Virus record (IMG/VR): IMGVR_UViG_3300020220_000032 | Location: 57,593 to 77,592 of that record | DNA length: 20,000 nt | Origin: an uncultured virus (IMG/VR IMGVR_UViG_3300020220_000032) | Lineage: Duplodnaviria > Heunggongvirae > Uroviricota > Caudoviricetes | Reading direction: 5' to 3' (one strand) | In this document: in pieces, positions 9,092 to 17,152 of the stretch | Layout: each line of letters starts with the position of its first letter | Numbering within the stretch: the stretch's first letter is position 1 | Made by a program: the position numbers and the translations under genes | Notes under the pieces: model-generated | Told to the model about the DNA's origin: nothing | The model's input: only the letters and a program-made list of their open reading frames with translations | The model's database searches: none

Positions 9092-10196
9092 AATTACCTC
9101 TAACACAATCATTTATGAAAACATATTCATTAACATTTGAAGCAATAATGGAATCTTTTATACCGTGAAATCCTTTTATTAAATTTTTATCGTATGGGAT
9201 AAAGGATTGATGTCCCCACCCATAACCGTAATCATTCATATTAACAGTTTCGGCGTTATCCATATCATGTGTGTAAAAGAAATGTACACAATTCAAATTT
9301 ACTGTGTTTACAAAAAGATTATGTTCTTTCGGTGGTATTCCAAGTTTCCACAATAAACAATTTAATATCAATTCATCATGTAAAAATTCTTTTTTTCTTA
9401 TTTCATCTATACCGTTTGAAAAACAAACAGATTCCCATTCTTCAAATAAACTTTTGTGATTAGTGTTAAATGCCATAACATTTGTAACACCCTGTGGAAA
9501 TTTTTGTGTAGGTAATTTCATGTATTCTTGTAACAAAGGACCTGGAATATATTGATCACCAACCAATGTATAATCCCATGCATGTTTTTGTAACAAGGGA
9601 CCTGCATCTAATTCTGGAAGAAACCTAAACATATCATCTATATTGGGTCTAACTTGTATATCTGCATCAAGAAATACAACATTTTTATATCCCCTGCTTA
9701 ACAAATCTAAAAACAATTTTGGTTTCATAAATTGCATATATTGACCGTCTTTTATATCACCATCGACATAATAACTTATATTTTTTAAGTTTGGATAATC
9801 CAATTTACATTCATAATTTATCGAATAATGTATAACATCCGATGTTGAATATGAGTCCAATCCAAGTATCAATTGCTCGGCTAATGATTCAAAGTTTTCA
9901 TTTGAGTAAATTACATAGCACTTTGATTTATCATTTATATTTTTCTGATATATCAATTTGTGATTCTGATAGATGTTCAAATATACAACATCATCCATCC
10001 AATACAAATTAAAATTATTATTAGATACCGTAAAAATTTGTTCAACATTTGGTTGAAGTGTTGTCATTTGAAAAACAACATTGTGGTTAAAAACATTTTT
10101 CAAATTTATCAAACAATCGTTTAATGTTATGTTTGATATATTTTTTACAGTTAATAAACCATTTTCAAATTTACATTTTATTTTACTTCCAAGCAT
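9084..10196 (-). CDS. GT-A fold glycosyltransferase (GT8/GT77-like) with an N-terminal beta-rich domain
   Basis: FMKPKLFLDLL, VVFLDADIQV (DxD), HDELILNCLLWK and a late FHG(I)K motif. Confidence 0.7.
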   Translation of the reverse strand: MLGSKIKCKFENGLLTVKNISNITLNDCLINLKNVFNHNVVFQMTTLQPNVEQIFTVSNNNFNLYWMDDVVYLNIYQNHKLIYQKNINDKSKCYVIYSNENFESLAEQLILGLDSYSTSDVIHYSINYECKLDYPNLKNISYYVDGDIKDGQYMQFMKPKLFLDLLSRGYKNVVFLDADIQVRPNIDDMFRFLPELDAGPLLQKHAWDYTLVGDQYIPGPLLQEYMKLPTQKFPQGVTNVMAFNTNHKSLFEEWESVCFSNGIDEIRKKEFLHDELILNCLLWKLGIPPKEHNLFVNTVNLNCVHFFYTHDMDNAETVNMNDYGYGWGHQSFIPYDKNLIKGFHGIKDSIIASNVNEYVFINDCVRGNYV

Positions 10197-11760
10197 AAAT
10201 TATACCCCAAGTATGTGATACAATATAATCATCATCATTATTCCGTTCCCATTTTGCAAGTCTAAATCTAAAATCATTTTTTGCAAGTTTTTTTATTATA
10301 TTCATAACACGATAATTTTCATTCATATGAAACTCTATTACAAACTTTTTTATCCTTTTGATATTGTCATCTGTTATACTATTGAAAAATTCATACTCTG
10401 CACCCTCTATATCTATTTTTAGTAGATCTATTTCATATTCATCCACATACTTTTCAATCAAATTGTTTGGTGATATACATTCTACTTTTTTTTCTATTCT
10501 ATTATCCGATGAACCAAATACATTTGAATTAGAAATACTTGAAATACATGATCCGTTAATATCTTCATAAAAAGATGTAATACCATCATAAGAATGAATT
10601 GCCTTATTTATTATCTTTATCCTGTTATCTTTTCCGTATGAATTTTCAAGTATTCTTATGTTGGTAGAATCCGCATCTACCATGTAAACTTTTGAATTTG
10701 ATGCAATAAATGGTATACTAGACATACCATAGTTTGCACCAATATCAACATATGTTTTTATTTCGTTTGGTTCAATGTTAAATTCATCATACAGATTATA
10801 TTCGGAAAAATCTGAAAATTCGTTGTATTTTATGTCTTCAAATTTATGTTTTAAGAATTTTTTGTGTAACGGGTGTTTGTAATCAAAATCTATTATTCCG
10901 GTGTTCTTTCTTACCACTCTATCTGGAAAATAAATTTCAACATAATATCCGTTTTTAGCATTTGGAACATATCCAGAATGTGGTGGTACAAACCACCATG
11001 TAGATCCAGGAGTTATATTCGTATTGGTTTGAACATCAATTACGGTATCGCTGTAATAGTCAAATATACGAAATTTGTTTATAGTTTCATGTTTCGTATT
11101 GTTTGATATGTAAAATCTGTTTTCTTCTTTAGAATAGGTAAACGATATATCAGAATAATTGTAGAAAAGAATATCTATTTTGTTATCACCATAAAAAGTT
11201 TCTTTGTCTTTGAAAGAATATATTTCATGTAACAAATTTTTATCTATTACATTTTTTTCCCAACAATTTTCAAGAACATTATTTACACTAAACATAGAAT
11301 CTATTGAATCATAAAAGTCTATGTTTTTCAAAACAAAATTAACATTTGTGAAGAAAGAATTTGTACATAATATGTTATTTCCCCAATTACATGAAACAAA
11401 CTTATATTTGTATTCTTTAATCCAATCCTTGAACCTACTAACATCATTCAATTCTATGTCATAACATATCTTATACGCCCATTCTATTCCATTAGATTTC
11501 AAATGATTTAGTGAAATTTGTATTAAGTTATTTTCTGCAACTCCATGTGAATACCTTTTATCATCAACTACATTTTTTTGTTGATAAAAATAAAAATCAC
11601 ACATTTCTTGCATTTCAACCGGTAAAGGAGAATGACTTGCTATTACAAAGTAATAATTTTCTCTGCTAATAATTTCTACATTTTTTTTCAATAATTCATA
11701 ACCTTCTCTTGAATTATGAAAGTATGTTAATATAAATCCAATTTTAGTATCTTTCTTCAT
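10183..11760 (-). CDS. Multidomain protein: N-terminal GT-A-like domain, central beta domain, C-terminal FkbM-family SAM methyltransferase
   Basis: C-terminal YVDIGANYG, VDAD, LLKIDIEGAEYEF and KFVIEFH motifs. The N-terminal IASHSP..CDFYFY..N..HGVA..YDIEL region is only tentatively GT-like. Confidence 0.8.
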   Translation of the reverse strand: MKKDTKIGFILTYFHNSREGYELLKKNVEIISRENYYFVIASHSPLPVEMQEMCDFYFYQQKNVVDDKRYSHGVAENNLIQISLNHLKSNGIEWAYKICYDIELNDVSRFKDWIKEYKYKFVSCNWGNNILCTNSFFTNVNFVLKNIDFYDSIDSMFSVNNVLENCWEKNVIDKNLLHEIYSFKDKETFYGDNKIDILFYNYSDISFTYSKEENRFYISNNTKHETINKFRIFDYYSDTVIDVQTNTNITPGSTWWFVPPHSGYVPNAKNGYYVEIYFPDRVVRKNTGIIDFDYKHPLHKKFLKHKFEDIKYNEFSDFSEYNLYDEFNIEPNEIKTYVDIGANYGMSSIPFIASNSKVYMVDADSTNIRILENSYGKDNRIKIINKAIHSYDGITSFYEDINGSCISSISNSNVFGSSDNRIEKKVECISPNNLIEKYVDEYEIDLLKIDIEGAEYEFFNSITDDNIKRIKKFVIEFHMNENYRVMNIIKKLAKNDFRFRLAKWERNNDDDYIVSHTWGIIYAWK

Positions 11761-13363
11761 GGTAAACCTTATCTAATATGGAAATTCCTGATGCTTGTTT
11801 TGTTATTGGTTTTTCAAAAATACCGATTTTGTAATTATCTAATTTTTCAGCATATAATAAATCGGTAACATTCCATTTTTCATTTTCAAAAAGATTTTTG
11901 AATACATTGTATGATTTTTTTGGTATCAAATATGCATGTGCTCCATAAAATTTATTAACAACCCAATAATCTTTTTTCTTATCAATTATATTTGTATTAT
12001 TATGAAAACCAAATGAGAACATTAACAAATCTGTATCATTTAGCGTTTTGCACGCAAAATTTAATTTTTCAATAAATTCATCGTAACTCACATCAATAAT
12101 TGCATCACATTCAAATACAAGAATATAATCTTCATTTTTATTTATTCCATCTAATACTGCATTCTTGTGTGCAAGGTAGCATCCATAATGTCCAGGTGTC
12201 AATTTTCCACCAGGTTCAAAACTAATTTTATCTGGATATTCACACGTTTCTTTTGGTGGTAATTCGGTATATCTCCTGTTTACACATGGAATATACTCTA
12301 TTCCATAGTTTTCTAACTTTGATAAAGAAATCATAGAATCAACTTCTCTTTCAGTATCAATATCAGTAATCATGTGCATAGCAACTATATTTTTTTTATG
12401 CACTTTTTCTTTTAATTTGTTATTCATGTTTAATACATGCAATAATTTTTTAACATTATCATTTATATCTTTTGTTATGTAATTAACTCTATCATCGTAT
12501 TCATTACCGTATGTTTCTAATTTTTTTATGAAAGTTGGTAATCCGTATGACAATGCTTCCTTTACAACCAAAGGATTTAATTCAAGGTTTGATGTAAAAT
12601 AAAAAACATCAGCGGCTTTGTAAAATTTATCAACATTTTCTCTTTCACCATGCCATATACAATTTGATGGAAATTTATCCATTATCGGTTTCCAATAATT
12701 CTCAAAATTACCGGCTTGATTTCCAACAAAATGAAATTTAATTGGTTTATCTTGAAGTTTTCTTGCAAGTTCAATTAGTTCACCTTGATTTTTTCCCGGA
12801 GTAAATAAACCAACATTGAGTATATGCTTAAAATTACTATCAAATCCTAATTCTTTTTTAGCATCATCTTTATTATATTCATTTTTATCTATTGGATATT
12901 CCCAAATATCACAAAGTTCTTTTCCAAATTCTTCAATAAAAATATCTTTGCTCCAATTTGAAACAAGTATGAACTTATCTGCTGAATAAATTATTTCCTT
13001 TGGATTTGTATTTGATCCATGGGTTGTTACCACTATTTTATATTTTCTATTATCCGAATAAATTTTGTTCAAATCTTCGTTTACAATGAAAGATTGTGGA
13101 ATTTCTTGAAAATGAATAACATCGGGAGTTATCTCCAAAATAACTTCGTGTATATTTTTGTTGTGATGGGATAGACTGTAAAAATTATTTCCTAATAAAT
13201 TTACAATCTTATTTCGTTGAACGGTTAAAATTCCGCCTGTAATATCTTGGTATTCAAGACAATATACATCGTATTTATTTTTTATACTTTCTATAAATTT
13301 AAAGGTATATTGCGGTAGACCACCTGTGGAAAGATGTGGCACCACAAACAAAACTTTTTTCAC
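11744..13363 (-). CDS. Bifunctional glycosyltransferase: GT4 (GT-B) fused to a GT25-like domain
   Basis: GTG start. GT4 motifs VVPHLSTGGLPQY, NVGLFTPGKNQ and FYKAADVFYFTSNLELNPLVVKEALSYGLP (E-x7-E). GT25-like motifs GHYGCYLAH, LVFECDA and GAHAYLI. Confidence 0.85.
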   Translation of the reverse strand: MKKVLFVVPHLSTGGLPQYTFKFIESIKNKYDVYCLEYQDITGGILTVQRNKIVNLLGNNFYSLSHHNKNIHEVILEITPDVIHFQEIPQSFIVNEDLNKIYSDNRKYKIVVTTHGSNTNPKEIIYSADKFILVSNWSKDIFIEEFGKELCDIWEYPIDKNEYNKDDAKKELGFDSNFKHILNVGLFTPGKNQGELIELARKLQDKPIKFHFVGNQAGNFENYWKPIMDKFPSNCIWHGERENVDKFYKAADVFYFTSNLELNPLVVKEALSYGLPTFIKKLETYGNEYDDRVNYITKDINDNVKKLLHVLNMNNKLKEKVHKKNIVAMHMITDIDTEREVDSMISLSKLENYGIEYIPCVNRRYTELPPKETCEYPDKISFEPGGKLTPGHYGCYLAHKNAVLDGINKNEDYILVFECDAIIDVSYDEFIEKLNFACKTLNDTDLLMFSFGFHNNTNIIDKKKDYWVVNKFYGAHAYLIPKKSYNVFKNLFENEKWNVTDLLYAEKLDNYKIGIFEKPITKQASGISILDKVYHEERY

Positions 13364-13377
13364 AAAAAACCTTTTTA

Positions 13378-13557
13378 TTATTTTACATATAACTGTTGAA
13401 GTTTGTATACAAGGTCATATACAACTTGTACTTCTTTTCCTTGAAAAGTACATTCAGAAACTAACTTTAATAAAAATTCCAGTTCCTCCTTGGTAAAAGG
13501 AGGAACTGAAACGTTTTGTCTTTCTTTTAATGAATTTTCTTTATTTACTAAACCCAT
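13378..13557 (-). CDS. Small helical hypothetical protein (59 aa), first gene of the glycan cassette
   Basis: FTKEELEFLLKLVSECTFQGKEVQVVYDLVYKLQQLY. ATG 13557 is preferred over 13581 because 13581 lies only 2 nt from the promoter -7 element. Confidence 0.65.
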   Translation of the reverse strand: MGLVNKENSLKERQNVSVPPFTKEELEFLLKLVSECTFQGKEVQVVYDLVYKLQQLYVK

Positions 13558-13583
13558 AATATAGCCTATAATTTTTTTCATAA

Positions 13584-13614
13584 CAAATATAACAATTTTT
13601 AATAATATATCAAA
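13584..13614 (-). promoter_or_regulatory. Bacteroidota-type primary sigma promoter (-33 TTTG / -7 TAnnTTTG)
   Basis: Minus strand reads TTTG-ATATATTATTAAAAATTGT (19 nt)-TATATTTG. It shares the 12-mer TATATTTGTTAT with the site at 4567-4578. Confidence 0.7.
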
Positions 13615-13620
13615 GCAAAA

Positions 13621-14937
13621 TTATCCTATCCAAATGTACGCCTCTTTGGCGTCAATGTCAACACCGATTGTTCCGTATGCAGTTGCACCGCCGTATTGTG
13701 GAGCTGCAGGTGCATTACCAGTTGTCCATTGTTGTATTACACCCATAAATGCATCAGGTGCAATAGTAACTGCAGTTGGTGATAAATTATTTTGAAGTGC
13801 CCATCGGTCTGCATCGGCATCAACTCCCAAAGCATAGCCGGTTGTTGAACCTTGTTGAACAATTATACCACCATCGGTTGATGCATCTGATCCAGATGCA
13901 AAAAGAGCAAATTTGTCTTCAACTAAAAGATTTGTTGTATCCAGTGTTGTTGTTGTTCCACTAACAGTTAAATCACCAGATACAGTAAGACTTCCAGAAA
14001 CAGTTGCATTAGCGCCATTAAGAGTAATTGCAGTTGTTCCATTACTTGCCTTAATATCGTTACCACTAACTTTCAAATCACCAGCAACTTCTACATCACC
14101 GGTTCCACTAAATGTGAGGGCAGTTGTGCCACCATTCATCTTAATATCATTGCCACCAACAGTAATATCGCCTGTTAAAGTTACATCAACAAATGTTGGA
14201 CTGTCTCCTGTTTGTAGACCGGTATCAACATCTGTATTTACACCGTTAATTGTTGCACGGACTGTGCCTTGTGACGGTGAACTGAATGAAGAACCACTAA
14301 CTGTTCCACTTGGAAGAGCAGATACAACACCACTTGTAAATGTTGCTGAGTTTGTATCTAATGTAATGTTTGGGGTGCTTCCTTCACCACTTGTTGCAGA
14401 TGACAGAAGAGCACCAGAAGCAGATACAGTAGCAACATAATTACCTGTTGTATCTGTTCCAAGAGCAACCGAATTGGCTTGTATTGTTGCAACACCGGTT
14501 GATGCATCTATAAGAATATCGCCGCTAACACCTGCATATGATGATGAATTAAAGAAAGTTTGCATTGAACCAGAATTAACATTTAGTGTTTCACCACCAA
14601 CTGCGGATAAACCATTACCAGCAATATCAGTTAATAAATTTGATAATGTAATTTTCTTATTACCACTTGTTGCATCACCGGCATCATCATTTACAAAAAA
14701 TTTGTCTGAACCTGCAAGTGTTGTTTTTGCAGTTGTTGGGAATGATGGTGTTGCTGTTACACCTGATAATCCACTACCATCGCCTGTAAAAGATCCGGAA
14801 AAAGAACCAGAGAGTCTTGTAGATGCCGATGTAGTTTGAATTTGTTGATTAGTACCGACTAACACACCAACCGAAGCACTAACCGATGCTAATTCGGCCA
14901 CACTACCCGATACTATGATTTTTTTCCACGCTGCCAT
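13621..14937 (-). CDS. Ser/Gly/Thr-rich virion structural protein (tail fibre-like)
   Basis: Beta-repeat segments (GDITVGGNDIK / GDLKVSGNDIK / GDLTVSGTTTTLDTTNLLVEDK...DGGIIV). N-terminus WKKIIVSGS is shared with the 6802-7905 fibre. GGAG RBS. Confidence 0.7.
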   Translation of the reverse strand: MAAWKKIIVSGSVAELASVSASVGVLVGTNQQIQTTSASTRLSGSFSGSFTGDGSGLSGVTATPSFPTTAKTTLAGSDKFFVNDDAGDATSGNKKITLSNLLTDIAGNGLSAVGGETLNVNSGSMQTFFNSSSYAGVSGDILIDASTGVATIQANSVALGTDTTGNYVATVSASGALLSSATSGEGSTPNITLDTNSATFTSGVVSALPSGTVSGSSFSSPSQGTVRATINGVNTDVDTGLQTGDSPTFVDVTLTGDITVGGNDIKMNGGTTALTFSGTGDVEVAGDLKVSGNDIKASNGTTAITLNGANATVSGSLTVSGDLTVSGTTTTLDTTNLLVEDKFALFASGSDASTDGGIIVQQGSTTGYALGVDADADRWALQNNLSPTAVTIAPDAFMGVIQQWTTGNAPAAPQYGGATAYGTIGVDIDAKEAYIWIG

Positions 14938-14960
14938 TTAATTCTCCAAAATTAAGTTGT

Positions 14961-16505
14961 TTATATGAATAAATATAGATTACTTCCTGAAATAACTAAA
15001 CTTCCTGTTGAATCTATTATAGGAAGTTCATTTATAGATGGTAATACAAATTTTCCTTCAACGATAAGACTACCAGTTACATAAGCTGAACCAGTTAATA
15101 TAAAGGTGTTTACATCAAAAAATGAACTACCAGTAACAGACAATGAACCTGTTATCTGGTGTATATCGTCTAAACTATCACCAAATTTTGATGATCCAGA
15201 TACCAAAATTGTTTGATAATTAACTACCGATGATGATACCACATAAGTTCTTGCCGTTATTGTTCCGCCTACTAAAAGGTTTCCGTCAAAATTTGCATTT
15301 GTTGCATATAATGTTGAAAATCTAGGTGAATCACTTTCTGCCAAACCTAATACACTCCTTTGACCTGATCCAGAAACAATGTTTGTTCCAAATAAATGTG
15401 AAAGTGTTTGTGTAGAAGATGATACTATACCACTTGGTTTATTGAGTATATTATCCCAATAAACACTACCACTCAATTCACCATCAGTAACAAATCCTAA
15501 ATCTTGAATTTGCTGTGAAGATGAAATTACACCACCACCAAATATACCACTAAAAAGTGGAGCAGTAATTGTTCCTTGTGATGTAAGTGAGCCACTTAAA
15601 AATAATGAACCAGTAAATTGGTGTGTATCATCTATTGTGTCACCAAATTGAGTTGAACCAGATGCCTTAATTGATTGTATATCAACTATCGATGACGATA
15701 CCACATAAGTTCTAGCAGTAAGAGTTCCATCAATAAATGCATTACCATCTATTGTTAAATTACTACCAGATATATTTCCAAATACAACATTATCACTTGT
15801 TCCTAATCCAATAGAACTTCTTTGTGTAGAAGATGATACTATTCCCGTTCCACCTAATACTTGAACAGAACTTGATACAATTCCACTTGGTTTATTTACA
15901 ATTTCATCCCAAACACTTGAAGTAATAAATCCAAAGTTTTGTATTTGTTGTGAAGATGATATTGTGCCAGCAGCAACAAGATTTGTCAAACCACTACCAT
16001 CACCAACAAATGTTCCATATAATGATCCAGATACAAGTACAGAACCTGTAAACTGATGGGTGTCTAGTATATCGTTACCAAATATAGTTGAACCACTACT
16101 GAATGATTGGGTTACATTTATTACCGATGATGAAATAATTAACTGTCTAGCAGTTAAATCACCAGTTAGGGTAAGGTTATTAAATATTGGTGAATCCGTT
16201 GTAGCAAGACCAAGCACTCCTCTTTGAGCAGAACTTGATATTACATTTGTTCCAACAAGATGTGAAATGGTTTGAACGGATGAAGATACTACACCATTAG
16301 GTAATGATGCCGCACCGATATTGGTTAATTGTGAACCGTCACCCTTAAAATAGTAAGCATCAACAGTTCCAGATACAGCTAATAAAGTAACAAGAGATCC
16401 AGTTCCATCAAGAAGTGTTGAGTCATCAACAGGATCCGTTTGAAGTAATCTATAATAAGACTCGGAAACAAATAGATTGGTTAGGTCTCTTTGTGAACTT
16501 GGCAA
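14961..16505 (-). CDS. Ser-rich structural/fibre protein with three internal repeats
   Basis: Three copies of G(D/T)(L/I)TAR....SSS.........SGS..FG....D.HQ.TGS, plus repeated GIVSSSxQ and WDxIxNKPSG segments. TTG start. Confidence 0.7.
   Translation of the reverse strand: MPSSQRDLTNLFVSESYYRLLQTDPVDDSTLLDGTGSLVTLLAVSGTVDAYYFKGDGSQLTNIGAASLPNGVVSSSVQTISHLVGTNVISSSAQRGVLGLATTDSPIFNNLTLTGDLTARQLIISSSVINVTQSFSSGSTIFGNDILDTHQFTGSVLVSGSLYGTFVGDGSGLTNLVAAGTISSSQQIQNFGFITSSVWDEIVNKPSGIVSSSVQVLGGTGIVSSSTQRSSIGLGTSDNVVFGNISGSNLTIDGNAFIDGTLTARTYVVSSSIVDIQSIKASGSTQFGDTIDDTHQFTGSLFLSGSLTSQGTITAPLFSGIFGGGVISSSQQIQDLGFVTDGELSGSVYWDNILNKPSGIVSSSTQTLSHLFGTNIVSGSGQRSVLGLAESDSPRFSTLYATNANFDGNLLVGGTITARTYVVSSSVVNYQTILVSGSSKFGDSLDDIHQITGSLSVTGSSFFDVNTFILTGSAYVTGSLIVEGKFVLPSINELPIIDSTGSLVISGSNLYLFI
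14969..14976 (-). promoter_or_regulatory. Putative phage late-promoter motif ATATTTAT, inside the last codons of the upstream gene
   Basis: 32 nt upstream of ATG 14937. Confidence 0.45.
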
Positions 16506-16531
16506 TTATTCTCTCTCATTAGTTTTCTCAT

Positions 16532-16539
16532 ATAAATAT
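16532..16539 (-). promoter_or_regulatory. Putative phage late-promoter motif ATATTTAT
   Basis: 27 nt upstream of TTG 16505, in an intergenic gap. Confidence 0.55.
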
Positions 16540-16565
16540 AAAAAAACTGCTAATACATGAATTTT

Positions 16566-17141
16566 TTATGGATTATTATATGGAACCACTATCCAATATA
16601 CATCATCGGTCATTGGTGTTGCAGAATTACTATCAATGTTAAACCCGTCTATCCTCTTATTTGTTATAGAAAATGAACGAACATCAGTTTCAGGTGTTAA
16701 TGTAATAGAATATCCAATGGTCGAGTAACTTGATGAAAATGCAACAGAAGCGGTATAATTAAAACCTGTCATGTCAATTATCCATTCACCACTTGAAATT
16801 ACTCCTGATTTTATACTTGATACATACGATGATGTTCCTGCATATGAAGCAGTGCCATTTAATGAACCCGTAAATGATCCAGTATATGAACCGGTTCTAG
16901 ATGAAGATGCAAAATTGTCTAACCACCCAAGAGATCCAGAGTAATCATTAAATGAACCCGTAAATGATCCAGTATATGATGGATATGTTTCTGTATAGTT
17001 TTCATACGATTCTGACCACATTGATAGTGATCCCGAATACAATTGATATCCAGATTCAAGTATAATACTTCCGGTATCATCGGTTTCTATTATATTGATA
17101 ATATCTAATGTTGATATATTTTGTATACCGTATTGTGCCAT
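16566..17141 (-). CDS. Ser/Thr-rich hypothetical structural protein
   Basis: SYTGSFTGS occurs twice. The C-terminal beta-rich domain (VAFSSSYSTIGYSITLT...NKRIDGFNI...VYWIVV) resembles fibre-tip lectin-like folds (tentative). Confidence 0.6.
   Translation of the reverse strand: MAQYGIQNISTLDIINIIETDDTGSIILESGYQLYSGSLSMWSESYENYTETYPSYTGSFTGSFNDYSGSLGWLDNFASSSRTGSYTGSFTGSLNGTASYAGTSSYVSSIKSGVISSGEWIIDMTGFNYTASVAFSSSYSTIGYSITLTPETDVRSFSITNKRIDGFNIDSNSATPMTDDVYWIVVPYNNP
16861..16979. repeat. 29-bp exact direct repeat, copies 90 bp apart
   Basis: aatgaacccgtaaatgatccagtatatga at 16861-16889 and 16951-16979, in frame within the CDS. Confidence 0.9.
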
Positions 17142-17152
17142 AAATGTCTCTT

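Noticed and set aside
7952..13363. Bacterial LPS/capsule locus interpretation
   Set aside because: No flippase, polymerase, transporter or nucleotide-sugar synthesis genes are present, and the flanks are phage tail fibre and chaperone genes.
7937..16538. T4-type late promoter TATAAATA on the plus strand (7937-7944 and 16531-16538)
   Set aside because: It points away from all genes, and the other two sites read AATAAATA. It is better explained as the minus-strand ATATTTAT motif.
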